Assembly: GCF_002305855.1 (NCBI RefSeq)
Contig: NZ_CP022163.1
Location: 7,195,765-7,259,764 of the forward strand
Source: Melittangium boletus DSM 14713
GTDB lineage: Bacteria; Myxococcota; Myxococcia; Myxococcales; Myxococcaceae
DNA: 64,000 nucleotides
Reading direction: 5' to 3'
The position numbers and the translations under genes were made by a program. Positions 17,301 through 27,577 of the stretch are shown here, piece by piece (positions within the stretch are counted from its first letter, which is position 1; each line of letters opens with the position of its first letter). The notes under the pieces were generated by a model. It had not been told where the DNA came from and ran no database searches. It saw nothing but the letters and a program-made list of their open reading frames with translations.

Positions 17301-19815
17301 GGGAGTAGAGCGCCCCCAGGCTGCCCAGAAGACATGGGCGCTCGTCTTCCTGGCGCACCAGGGAGGGCAGCACGCGGGCCGGGTACGCGCCGGCGCGGAC
17401 GGCCTGCTCGATGGAGGGCAGGAGGATGGGGTGGGGGCTGAGCTCCAGGAAGACGTCGTGGCCGGAGGTCAGCAACTGCTCCACGGCCTGGAAGAAGAGG
17501 ACGGGCTGGCGCAGGTTGTCCACCCAGTAGGCGGGGCCGAGCGTGGCGCCGTCCAGCACCTGGGCCCGGACGGTCGAGTAGAAGGGCAACTCGCCGGCGC
17601 GGGGGGTGAGGCCCTGGAGGACCTGGAGCAGCTCCTCGCGCAGGGGATCCATCTGGGGGCTGTGGCTGGCGACGTCCACCTTGACGAGGCGGCAGAAGAC
17701 GTCGCGCCGCTGGAGCGAGTCGAGCACCCGCTGGAGGGCGGCGGGGTCTCCGGAGAGCACGGTGGAGCGGGGCCCGTTGGAGACGGCCACGGAGAGCGCG
17801 TCCTCGAAGCCCCGCAGGGCGAGGCGGGCCTCGTCGAGGGACAGCTCGACGAGCGCCATGGCGCCCTGGCCGCTGGTGCGGCGCAGCAGGAGGCTGCGCT
17901 GGCAGATGATGAGGGCGGCGTCCTGGAGCGAGAGGATGCCGGCGACATGGGCGGCGGCCACCTCGCCCATGCTGTGGCCGACGACGGCGTGAGGCCGCAC
18001 GCCCCACGAGCGCCAGAGGGCGGCCAGCGCCACCTGGAGGGCGAAGAGGACGGGTTGGATGACGTCGATGCGCTCGAGCAGGGGCGAGGCGGGCCAGGCG
18101 CGCAGCACCTCGAGCAGACGCCAGGAGACGTGGTGCGCGAAGGCGGCCTCACAGGCCTCGAGCGCTTCCCGGAAGACGGGCTCCTGCTCCAGCAGGCGGC
18201 GGCCCATGCCGGGCCACTGCGAGCCCTGTCCGGGGAACACGAACACCGGCTTGAGCGGCAGCTCCGCGCGCATGCCCGTGGACGTGCCCGGCCGGGCCTC
18301 GCCCCGCAGATGCGCGTCCAGGCGCTCGGCCAGCTCCTCCCGCGAGCGCCCCACCACCGCGAGCCGGTGGGCATGGTGCCCGCGGCGCACGCTCGCGGTG
18401 AAGCACAGCTCCTCCACGCGCTCCGCCCGAGGCTCGCTCAGCAGGGAGCGCCAGGCGCCGGCCAGGGCCTCCAGGGCCTCGGGGGCGTGCGCGGACAGGG
18501 GCAGCAGGAACGCCTCGTCCTCGCGGACGGGACGCGGGGGCGCGGCGGGGCGAGGGGCCTCCTCCAGCACCACGTGGGCGTTGGTCCCGGTGATGCCGAA
18601 CGCGCTCACGCCGGCCAGCGCGGGCTCCGCTCCGGGCCAGGGCGTCAGCGCCTGGGGAATGACGACGGGCAGCTCGTCCCAGGGAATCTGGGGGTTGGGC
18701 GTCTGGAAGTGGAGGCTGGGCGGAATGGCGCGGTGCTGGAGCGCCATCACCACCTTCATCATCCCGGCGAGCCCCGCCGCTCCCTCGGTGTGCCCGATGT
18801 TCGTCTTCACCGAGCCCACGAAACAGGGCCGCTCCCGCTCCCTGTTCTCGCCCAGCACCGACGCGAGCGCCCCGAGTTCGATCGGATCTCCCGCGCGCGT
18901 GCCGGTGCCGTGCGCCTCCACGTAGCCCACGCGCGAGGGCTCCACGCCCGCGGCGCGATAGGCCTCGCGCAGCAGCGCTTGCTGACCCTCGCGGCCTGGC
19001 GTGACGAGGTGCCCGCTGCTCTGCCCGTCGTTGTTGACCGCGCTGCCACGGATGACGGCGCGGATGGGATCTCCCTCCCGGAGCGCCTGGGAGAGCGGCT
19101 TGAGCACCAGCACCGCCACGCCCTCGCTGCGCACGTAGCCATTGGCGCGCGCGTCGCCGAACTTGCTGCGCCCGTCCGGCGACAGCATCGTCGAGCGCGA
19201 GTAGGCCAGGGTGACGTACGGCTCGAGGATCAGATTGCTGGCGCCGACCAGCGCCACCTGGCACTCGCCCTGCCGCAGGCTTTGACAGGCCAGGTGCACC
19301 GCCACCAGGGACGAGGAACAGGCCGTATCCACCGTCAGGCTGGGGCCTCGCACGTCCAGGAAGTAGGACAACCGGCCCGACGCCGCGTACCGCCCGCCGC
19401 CCGTCGTCGCATGGACGTCGAGCTCGGGCAGCGCCTCGTACATGCGCAGCTCGTAGTCGTTCGTCCACATGCCGACGAACACCCCGGTGGCGTGGCGCGG
19501 CAACTTCTCCGGTACCTGCCCGCCGTCCTCCAACGCCTCCCAGGCCACTTCCAGCAGCAGCCGCTGCTGGGGATCCATCAGGTTCGTTTCACGCGGGGAG
19601 AGCTGGAAGAAGCGCGCGTCGAAGCGGTCCACCTGCTCCAGGAAGCCGCCCTTGCGGCTGGCGATCCGCTCTTGCAACCGCTCGGCGTTGAACCGCTCCA
19701 ACGGGGCGTCGCCGATGGCGTCCACTCCGTCGCGGACCAGTTGCCAGAGCTGGCTCGCCGTGTTCACGCCGCCTGGAAAGCGGCACCCCATTCCAATGAT
19801 GGCAATAGGCTCCAT
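14335..19815 (-). CDS. Type I PKS module KS-AT-DH-KR-ACP, first gene of the assembly line, no loading or docking region
   Basis: Begins MEPIAIIGMGCRFPGG, that is KS directly. KS Cys present (TVDTACSSSL). AT motifs GHSMGE and VASH. DH motif LSDHRVHGQGVLP. KR motifs YLLTGGLGGLG and LDD. ACP motif LGFDSLMTLEL. Confidence 0.9.
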
Positions 19816-19904
19816 CGTGCCCTTCCCGTGTGCGTGTGTTCGGGGCCCTGCCGTCGCCGAGGTCTCCCGGGGGAGATCCGTCGGGGGGCAAGGTCCACAC
19901 CGGG

Positions 19905-19933
19905 TTTATACGGGAAAGCTGTAAGAATGTGAA
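19905..19933 (-). promoter_or_regulatory. Candidate sigma70-like promoter (TTCACA - 17 bp - TATAAA) for the PKS operon
   Basis: Read on the minus strand: -35 TTCACA (plus 19928-19933) and -10 TATAAA (plus 19905-19910) with a 17-bp spacer. Sits in an unusually AT-rich 129-bp gap between the STAND gene stop and the PKS start. RBS GGGAAGGG precedes the ATG at 19815. Confidence 0.35.
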
Positions 19934-19944
19934 CACCCAGGGAT

Positions 19945-22900
19945 TCAGGACTGGATCAGCCGGTCGATCGTTTCGAGTTCAAGGGCTCTCCATAGACCCA
20001 GGCTCAGCCATTCCTTCGCGAGCAGGGCGGCGCTGTCGTCGCCTGGCTGGATGCTCAGTCGGCCTGCGAGTTCATCCCATTCGCACTCGGAGAGGGATTG
20101 GCTGGAGAGCGCACGGCGGTGCAGGGCGAGAAGACGGTCCGCGGCGGAGGCATCCGCCAACTCCGCGAGCACCGGCTCCACGAGAGAGGGATCATCGACC
20201 CGCGACAGCTTCGCCAACCCTCGCAGCCGGAGTGACAGGAAGGCCTCTCCGTTCGGACCTGGCCATCGATCCCGGTAGCCGAGCTTGGCGCCTTGTGAGG
20301 TGAAACGCGCCAACCACTGCTCGCCGAGGGTCCGTCCATCCCGGGCGAGCGCCCGCAGCATGAGTTGGGTGGAGGTGGATTTCGGCAGCCCGGGGTATTC
20401 GGACAAGGCCCGGAGGGTCCAGGGAGAGAGTTCCGCGCCATGATCGGACACGAGCCGGATCACGAGGTCCGTGATGTTTTCCGGTGTATGGCCAAGCGCC
20501 GCCATGGCCTCGAGATGGTGAGGGGCCTCGTTCAGCCAGCTGTCGTGGTGAAACGAGTGCAGTCGCTCGATGAGGATGTCGATGCGACGTGGGGCGCTCA
20601 TGTCCGCCTGTTCGAGGACCTCGAGTGCCTCCTTGATATCGACGTGGCTGGGGAGCCAGAGCACCGCGTGCTGGAGGACGCTTCGAATCGAATCGTTGGG
20701 TGGCCTCAAGGACAGCAGGGTTCGCGCTCTCCGGAGGGATTCGGAAGGATAGACATGGGCGAACGCGTACACGGCCGCCTCGACCACGGGAATGAGCCGT
20801 TCGTCGCGGCCTCCCAACTCATGAAGCAGGCACGCCGCCTCCACTTGCAGGTCGAACAGCTGCTGCCGGTGGTCCGGGTCGCTCGTGGCGGTGGTGACAT
20901 CGATGCTCAGCGCTCGACGAAGAACCTCGATGCGCTTGCCGGTGAGCCGTCTTCCCGCTTTCGCCAGCCTGTCGAATCGGAGGATGGCGTGAAGTCCCTC
21001 GGGAGGCGTCCGGTGGCGGAGTGCGGTCCGGAGCCAGCGGCGCACGGTCCTTGGCGGAGGGGTGGACGGCTCCTTCCGGGACTTGCACCAGCCCTCGATG
21101 AAGGAGAGCGCGTCTTGCCCGATCCCGTCCTCAACGTGCTCGAAGGCGAGCTCGACGGCGAACAGGATGGCGTCGCGGGTGATAGGGACGCGGTACTGAA
21201 AGAGAAACGTGAACGCCGAGCGCCTCTCGGGGTTCTGCCTCCGGATGATGGCCCATGCATCCGGGAAGCGCTGGAGCCATTGATAGAGAAACAGCTCGTC
21301 GTCATCGAACCTCGTTCGAGCTGGATTCAAACGCGCGATCACCTGCTCCGACAGGCATGGAATCTGGAGGCCGCACCCCTCCGCGAGATGGAGCAGGGCG
21401 TCCAGCTGGCTCCTGTCGATCGTCCGAAGACGGGCCGTGAGTGCCGCTTGGACCGCGTCACGCGTGTCCTCGCGCTTCGCGAGGAACCTCGCGGCGCGGC
21501 GGAAGCGTGCCTCCTCCACGTCATCGAGCCACGCGGTGAGCCGGGCAATGCCCATGCCGGGCCGATAGACACACAGCGCGTGCATCGCCTCGGCATCGAC
21601 CCGTGGTTCCTCCCATTCATGGCGGAAATCATGCAGTGCCTCGTTCCACTCCGGTCCCTGGGCGATGACCCGTGATTCATAGGACGCCCCGAGTAGGAGG
21701 TGACGCTGCGTTCTCTTGTACGGGTGGCCCGCCCGTTCGAGCGCTTCCATCAATACCGCATGGGCTTTCTCCTCCAGGAAGCCACACCGCAGCGCGACGC
21801 GTGCCGCGTCCACCCGGAGCGAGGGGTCCGTGGCCTCGAGCACGCGTGCGATCGAGGGTTGGATCCATTCCCGGGTCTCCTGGGGAAAATGAACGGCGAG
21901 TGCTTCGGCGGCCTCCAGGACGCGTTCCACGGAGCTTCCGTCGAGCGCGAGCCGCCACAGGCGGGCCGCGTCGCTCTCCGCGCCCGCGTGATGGAGGCGT
22001 CCGGCGAGCCATTCCATCTGGCCCTGGGTCAGCTCATGAGGCGACATCACCCGGCAGGCCTCGATGGCGGCGGGGACCGTCTCCTCGTTGTCGAAGCTTC
22101 CCCACAGGAGCAGTCCGTACACCTCCCGCAGGCTCGCTCCCTCTCTCGAATGGAGCGCGAGGCGCTGGCGGACCGCCTCCCGGGCGAAGGACTGCTCTCG
22201 CATCAGGCGGAAGAGCGCGTCCGTTGCCACCTCTCCCACCAGGCCTGGCCGGCCCAGTGCCTCCAGCACGTGCTCCAGGGACGAAGGCTCCGCGGTCACG
22301 AGCCTCGCGAGCGTGGACGACCAACTGATCCGGGTGAATCCGTCCCTCTCTTTCGGCTCCCTGACGGACTCCACGGGAAGTCCTCGCAGGATGGCTTGCA
22401 CGGCCGTCGAGGCGAAGGCCTTCATGCGGCTCACGGGCCAATACATGTAATCCTTCACGTGCGTGTCCGTGGCGCGCGCGGCTTCCTCCGCGTCCACGGC
22501 CACGATCCGTGCATCCACCCGGTGGTGCCGCCAGATCAGCTCGGACGCCGCCTCCCGCCGGATGGTGGACACCGGGTCCTCCAGCAATTCATACAGGACA
22601 GGCACCACGAGGTCCTTGTCCTTCGTGGGCGCCGCGGACACGAGCTTCGCCGCGGCGAGCCGGGTCTCGACGGGGAGCTCCCGGGCCCTCGCGCATTCGA
22701 GCCACCCCTCGAGCGGCTTCCATTCCAGATGGGACATGAGCCCGTGCATGTGCTCGTACACGATGCCGAGCACGTCTGGATTTCCCGAGCGCGCGCAGGA
22801 GCGCAGCGTCGCCAGTGCCTCCTGGGTGAGCTCGGGCTGGCGGCCAGCCGCGAGCCAGGCCCAATGTGCCCGGGTGGCGTCGTCCGGGGAGCGCATGCCT

Positions 22901-25446
22901 CGCCGCAGCGCCGCGTGGAGATGCGTGTCATCCGGGGTGAAACGGCGGAGCAGGCGCGCGGCGCACATCCGCCGTTCGGGCTGCCGGTCCTCCAGCCATC
23001 GGCGGAGGGTGTCGAGGAGGCCGCGCCGCTCCTCTCCCGCTTGCTCCAGCAACCGTTCCAACTCCTGACGGACCCTGGAGTCGGTCTCGGCGGTTCGCTT
23101 CAGGACTTCCTCGAGCATCCCCTCGACCAGGGGGACCACTTCCTGGACGATTCCTCGCGCGTGGGCCCCCAGCGTCGAGTCATCGACCATCCAGTCGAGG
23201 AGGGCGTCACGCACGGGTTTCGAGTCGGCGCGCAGCTTCAACACGGCCTTGGCATCCTGCTCGCGGTGCGTGCCCTTGGAGAGCGTCTGCTTCAGCACCT
23301 CGGCCACGTCGCCGTCCCACATGCCGGCCACCGCGAGCAGCAGCGCCGATGACAGTCGGAGCTCCCGCTGGGCCTCCGGCTCGGGAATGGGCGTGCGGAC
23401 GAGTTCTTGTAATTCCTTTCGCAGGGCCTCTCCCCCGCGGCGTACCCGCTCGCCCACGGCCTCCGGGTGGGGTCTCCCGTAGGCCCTGCCAAAATGGCCC
23501 AGGACCTCGATGACCTCGTGACTCCACTCCCCCGCCGAGGCGAGGCCGAATGCGCCGAGGACGCGCAACTTCGTATCCAGGCGGCGCTCCAGCCAGCCTT
23601 CGCAGAGTTTCCGCGCGGTGGGAACGTCCGCGGCCTCGGGGGCGATGAGGGAGGCGATTCCATCCCGCACGTCGCTCACGCCATGGGGCTCGATGCGGGC
23701 GAAGCGCTCCAGGAGCTCCGGGGACAGCCGTGACGTCGGCCCCTTCGTGGCGAGGCGGCCAAAGACCTCCCAGAGGGGATTGGGCGGGGTCCGCTCGAGC
23801 AGGTCGGCCCAGGTGGACCACACCCGCTCGGTGAGTTCGGGGTCGAGGCGCAGGTCGTACTCGAGGCAGTCGGACAGGTCCCTCAGACCGGGACGAAGGA
23901 ACTGGCCCGCGCCACGCTTGTCCCGATCGAGCAACCCCTGGACGAGCGCGGTGACCTCGCCCGTGGCGCCACACACATGGTCGAGGTGCGCGGCGGCGAA
24001 CTTCAAGACCCACGGGGGAAACCTTGGCTCCGCGAGGATGCGCTCCGCGGCACCGCGCTCTCCATGGCGGACGAGCGCGCGGGCGGCGAGGAACTCGGCG
24101 AAGGTCGAGTGCCAGAAGACGAAGACCCCGCCTTCTTCCTGGATGAGTCCTGTTTCGAGCGCGAGGTGGAGTGCCTTGTCCGCAGACTCCCGGGTCACCG
24201 CGCCGAGCAGGCGGATGAAGAGCGCCCGCACGCCGCCGCCGCGTTGCTCCTGACGGACCAGCGCGAGCGCGACAGCGGACCAGACGTCCATGAGCCCGTC
24301 CGCCTCCGCGCGGGTCAGCCCCAGCGCGGAACGCCACTCCCAGAGGAGCGTGCGGATGAAGTTCTCGAAGACGAAGATCTCGTGCCGGGGGATTCCCTCT
24401 TCGTTCGTGGGCGAGAGCGCCAACAGCGTGAGCAGGAGCGGGTTGCCTCCCAGCCGTTGCAGCCGCTTTCCGGGCTGGAGTTCCCTCAACAGGGCGTTCG
24501 TGCGGTGGCGGGCGCGGGCCTCGCTCCCGGCGTCCTCGTCCTCGCGTCTCTCGAGGAGCCGGTGCAGGCGGGTGACCAGGTTGCGCCGCTGCCGGGGATG
24601 GAGGGGCGCCAGCTGGGTTTGCGCGAGGCGGGGGATGCGCGGGCGGTAGCCGTTGGGCCGCGAGGTCACCAGCAGCCGCACCGTCTCATACCGCTCGAAG
24701 AACGCCGTCAACGCCTCCACGACGGGCCTGCGCTGCTCCTCCGCAACCTCGTCGAGCCCATCGCAGAGCAGGAAGAGCCTTCCGGCCTCCAGCAACTCGC
24801 CGAGCCCGGCGGCGAGCTCGGGCGCCTTCTGGGCGTGGAGCTGGTCACGGATGAGCTGGTCCATGGACAGCCCCCCGGTGGACAGCGCGCCTCCAAGTCT
24901 GCCGAGTGACAGGCGCACGGGAAGCAGCTCACTCAGGGACTGGACCGCCCCCACCGCTTGCGCATCGAACGCATCGTCATCGCACAGCAGTTGACGGGCA
25001 CGCACCGCCGCGGCTCCCTCGGTACAGGCCAGGAACGCCAGCCGGGTGAGCACGGTCTTGCCCGTCCCCGGGTCGCCGATGACGGTGAGCCGGGAGTACT
25101 TGTGGAGCGCCTTGGCGAAGGAGATGGGCTCACCCGCGTGTTCCCACCGGCCGTCCTGGAGCCGCCGGAATTCCTCCTCGAGTTTTCGCCGCTCGTCCTG
25201 GGAGAGGCGCCGGTCGTTCAACCGGTCCATCAAGGTCTCGGCGCTGGGCACCCGCTGCTTGGACTCATCGTGCAGCGAGGAGGCCACCGCGAAGTCGAGC
25301 AGATCGAGCTCCGTCTCGTGGCGGCCTCGCTCAATGCCCGCGAGACGGCTGAGGTCGAGGCGGCGGAGGCTCGGCTCCTTCGCCCACGCTTGTTTGTACT
25401 TCGCCAGCGCTTGGGACACCGCGGGGGACGGACCGGGCAAGGACAT
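19945..25446 (-). CDS. STAND NTPase (NACHT-type NB domain) with about 1350-aa C-terminal HEAT/ARM-like helical repeats, 1833 aa
   Basis: Walker A GDPGTGKT (nt 25064-25087). Walker B LFLLCDGLDEV. Sensor-1-like LLVTSRP. GxP motif GGNPLLLTLLA. Short (about 115 aa) N-terminal helical region. No recognisable nuclease, TIR or HTH. Repeated ...L..LL.D....VR..A...L pattern throughout the C-terminus. Confidence 0.85.
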   Translation of the reverse strand: MSLPGPSPAVSQALAKYKQAWAKEPSLRRLDLSRLAGIERGRHETELDLLDFAVASSLHDESKQRVPSAETLMDRLNDRRLSQDERRKLEEEFRRLQDGRWEHAGEPISFAKALHKYSRLTVIGDPGTGKTVLTRLAFLACTEGAAAVRARQLLCDDDAFDAQAVGAVQSLSELLPVRLSLGRLGGALSTGGLSMDQLIRDQLHAQKAPELAAGLGELLEAGRLFLLCDGLDEVAEEQRRPVVEALTAFFERYETVRLLVTSRPNGYRPRIPRLAQTQLAPLHPRQRRNLVTRLHRLLERREDEDAGSEARARHRTNALLRELQPGKRLQRLGGNPLLLTLLALSPTNEEGIPRHEIFVFENFIRTLLWEWRSALGLTRAEADGLMDVWSAVALALVRQEQRGGGVRALFIRLLGAVTRESADKALHLALETGLIQEEGGVFVFWHSTFAEFLAARALVRHGERGAAERILAEPRFPPWVLKFAAAHLDHVCGATGEVTALVQGLLDRDKRGAGQFLRPGLRDLSDCLEYDLRLDPELTERVWSTWADLLERTPPNPLWEVFGRLATKGPTSRLSPELLERFARIEPHGVSDVRDGIASLIAPEAADVPTARKLCEGWLERRLDTKLRVLGAFGLASAGEWSHEVIEVLGHFGRAYGRPHPEAVGERVRRGGEALRKELQELVRTPIPEPEAQRELRLSSALLLAVAGMWDGDVAEVLKQTLSKGTHREQDAKAVLKLRADSKPVRDALLDWMVDDSTLGAHARGIVQEVVPLVEGMLEEVLKRTAETDSRVRQELERLLEQAGEERRGLLDTLRRWLEDRQPERRMCAARLLRRFTPDDTHLHAALRRGMRSPDDATRAHWAWLAAGRQPELTQEALATLRSCARSGNPDVLGIVYEHMHGLMSHLEWKPLEGWLECARARELPVETRLAAAKLVSAAPTKDKDLVVPVLYELLEDPVSTIRREAASELIWRHHRVDARIVAVDAEEAARATDTHVKDYMYWPVSRMKAFASTAVQAILRGLPVESVREPKERDGFTRISWSSTLARLVTAEPSSLEHVLEALGRPGLVGEVATDALFRLMREQSFAREAVRQRLALHSREGASLREVYGLLLWGSFDNEETVPAAIEACRVMSPHELTQGQMEWLAGRLHHAGAESDAARLWRLALDGSSVERVLEAAEALAVHFPQETREWIQPSIARVLEATDPSLRVDAARVALRCGFLEEKAHAVLMEALERAGHPYKRTQRHLLLGASYESRVIAQGPEWNEALHDFRHEWEEPRVDAEAMHALCVYRPGMGIARLTAWLDDVEEARFRRAARFLAKREDTRDAVQAALTARLRTIDRSQLDALLHLAEGCGLQIPCLSEQVIARLNPARTRFDDDELFLYQWLQRFPDAWAIIRRQNPERRSAFTFLFQYRVPITRDAILFAVELAFEHVEDGIGQDALSFIEGWCKSRKEPSTPPPRTVRRWLRTALRHRTPPEGLHAILRFDRLAKAGRRLTGKRIEVLRRALSIDVTTATSDPDHRQQLFDLQVEAACLLHELGGRDERLIPVVEAAVYAFAHVYPSESLRRARTLLSLRPPNDSIRSVLQHAVLWLPSHVDIKEALEVLEQADMSAPRRIDILIERLHSFHHDSWLNEAPHHLEAMAALGHTPENITDLVIRLVSDHGAELSPWTLRALSEYPGLPKSTSTQLMLRALARDGRTLGEQWLARFTSQGAKLGYRDRWPGPNGEAFLSLRLRGLAKLSRVDDPSLVEPVLAELADASAADRLLALHRRALSSQSLSECEWDELAGRLSIQPGDDSAALLAKEWLSLGLWRALELETIDRLIQS

Positions 25447-25458
25447 CGAGTTCTCGGC

Positions 25459-27546
25459 TCAGGACAGCGTCACGTCATAGTACGGACGTATCTCGCCCGT
25501 TCGCGCGTTGGGCCACTGTGGCTCGGGACCCCAGGCTCCGCCCTGCTTGGGACGGCTTCGGACATGGACCCGGAGCCGGTGGAGTTCCCTCTCCACCTCC
25601 AACAGGTTGTACAGGCGAGGCACCGACTCGGGCCGATCCCGGTAGGGAGCCCCGAAGCTCCCCGCTCCGATGACATGCATGCTCCGCCACGGGTGGGTGG
25701 GGTCGAGGAGGTCCGCCCGAATCTCGTGGACGTGGCCGTGGAGGCAGACGCGGACGTCCGCCTGGCTCAAGCGGCTCGTGAAGGCGTCATCCTTGATCTT
25801 CTCGTTGCCGGTGATGGGGTGATGCCAGACCGCCATCCGGAGGACGTTCGACTCCCGGCCGAGTTCCCTGTCCGCGGCTCGGAGTCCCCGGGACAGGGCA
25901 CCCTCGTGGATGCTGGAGCGTTCCGTGAAGTGCTTGTCGATCTCCCACGCGGAGTTCAGGGCCAGGAATTGAATGCGCGACTCGCGGAAGAAGAACGAGA
26001 GACACTGCTCCTCGGGCGGGAGTGGATAGGCTCGCTGGAAGAGCGGCTGATAGAAGAAGTCGGAGAAGTTCTTGAACCGCTCCGCGTAGACCTGGGCGCT
26101 CCAGTCCAGGTCATGGTTGCCCGGGACGATGATGCATTGCCGGGGCGTCAGCCCGAATTCCTCGAGGAGTTCCGAGACGAACGCGCGGGCCTTCTCGAAC
26201 TCCTGGGGCGAGGCCTTCTGGGTGAGATCTCCCGAGATGACCAGATGGTCCAATCGCTCGACGCCCAGCCCCCGGGGTGGCTTGCCTCGCAGGTCCGCGG
26301 CGAGCGGCTGGAGCAGGTTGTGGGGATCCTGTCCGGCCTCGACGTGCAGGTCGCTCAGATGGAGGATCCGGATGGGAGAGTCCGGACTGGGCGGCTCGGG
26401 ACGGGTGGGGCGGGGGGCCGGTGCCTCGGGAGCGCTCGGGGACACGGAGGACGGTCGCTCCTGGAGCAGCTCGGACCAGGGGATTTCGATGGACTCGCGG
26501 TCGCCGGACAGCGTTCGGGTGTCCGGCTCCAACACGAGCGTCCCGTCCTCCGTCATGAACGTGCTTCGCGGAAAGAGCTCGAGCCGTCCTCCCATGCCGG
26601 TGAGCTGGAGCTGTCCGGCGAGATAGCCCGAGCCCGGCGCGTGCGACGACCTGGGCAGCTCGCTGAAGAGGTCACTCGCGTGCAGCGAGCGGGACCAGGG
26701 ACGCGGCGGAACACCGAGGAGCGAACCGCCCTCGGTGAGCCGGTCGCCACACAGATGCAGGAGCGGGCGTCCCGGGAAGGCGAGCCGTTCTCCCAGCTCG
26801 GTGAGGAGCGCGTCGCGCAGCTTCGACGGGGGATGGTGCGTCAGCAGCAGGAGCGCGTCATGGGGGCGCGCCCAGGCCCGGAGGTCCTGCCCCGTGGCCG
26901 CTTCCACCTGCTCCACGTCGATCTCGTTCATGCCCTCCAAGCCGTCCCGGGCCGAGCTCCGGAAGCTGGAGTTGAGCCCGATGACGCCCACCGTCACGCC
27001 CTCGGAGGCCACGGTGGCGGCGAAGTCTCCGGGAAGCAGCCCCGGGCGGAAGGAGGTGAGCTGGGAGGACGGGTGCATGTGCCGCCAGGTGCTGAACCAG
27101 TCGTTGAAGGCCGCGAACCCCTTCCAGACGGTCCGCTCCACCTGGCCCGGGCTCTCCGCCCGGAAGGCCTTTCGTGCTTCCAGGGCCCGGTAGCGGCTTC
27201 CCAGATCCGGGAGCCGGGGGTTCGGGTCCCGCCGGATGTCATGGTCGCCGGGCACCACGAGCAGGCATGGCTCCGAGCCCAGCTCGCGCAGGAGCGTCCA
27301 CAGGGAGTCCAGCGCGGAGTTCAGCAGCTCGAATTCACGGGGACTGCCCGTCAGCGTGAGGTCGCCCGAGATGAGGACCAGACTCCACGGACCCGCGCGC
27401 GCATGGAGCCCGCGCAGGTCCTGATGGAGGGCTTCCCTGTACTCGGGTTGCAGCAGCCGTGAGCCATGGATGCCCAGGTGAAGATCCGACAGGTGCAGCC
27501 ATCCGAGTCGAGCCACCGTTCCCCCAGCGCGCGCGGAGGCCAGCAT
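25459..27546 (-). CDS. Tandem calcineurin-like metallophosphoesterase (two CpdA/Mre11-type MPP domains), 695 aa
   Basis: Domain 1: LHLSDLHLG, ISGDLTLTG, VPGDHD, LLLTHHPP, with the final GHxH motif replaced by CGDR (degenerate). Domain 2: LHLSDLHV, ISGDLTQKA, VPGNHD, AVWHHP, CLHGHVHE (complete motif set). The stop lies 12 nt before the STAND gene start. Confidence 0.85.
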   Translation of the reverse strand: MLASARAGGTVARLGWLHLSDLHLGIHGSRLLQPEYREALHQDLRGLHARAGPWSLVLISGDLTLTGSPREFELLNSALDSLWTLLRELGSEPCLLVVPGDHDIRRDPNPRLPDLGSRYRALEARKAFRAESPGQVERTVWKGFAAFNDWFSTWRHMHPSSQLTSFRPGLLPGDFAATVASEGVTVGVIGLNSSFRSSARDGLEGMNEIDVEQVEAATGQDLRAWARPHDALLLLTHHPPSKLRDALLTELGERLAFPGRPLLHLCGDRLTEGGSLLGVPPRPWSRSLHASDLFSELPRSSHAPGSGYLAGQLQLTGMGGRLELFPRSTFMTEDGTLVLEPDTRTLSGDRESIEIPWSELLQERPSSVSPSAPEAPAPRPTRPEPPSPDSPIRILHLSDLHVEAGQDPHNLLQPLAADLRGKPPRGLGVERLDHLVISGDLTQKASPQEFEKARAFVSELLEEFGLTPRQCIIVPGNHDLDWSAQVYAERFKNFSDFFYQPLFQRAYPLPPEEQCLSFFFRESRIQFLALNSAWEIDKHFTERSSIHEGALSRGLRAADRELGRESNVLRMAVWHHPITGNEKIKDDAFTSRLSQADVRVCLHGHVHEIRADLLDPTHPWRSMHVIGAGSFGAPYRDRPESVPRLYNLLEVERELHRLRVHVRSRPKQGGAWGPEPQWPNARTGEIRPYYDVTLS

Positions 27547-27577
27547 AGCAGGCGGCGGATTCCTCCCGACGAGGACC

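Noticed and set aside
19945-25446. STAND protein as a LAL/LuxR-type pathway regulator of the adjacent PKS cluster
   Set aside because: No C-terminal LuxR or other HTH is recognisable. The C-terminus is long helical repeats, the gene is tightly coupled to a phosphoesterase and a REC gene, and the PKS has its own promoter. This is not fully excluded without HMM searches.
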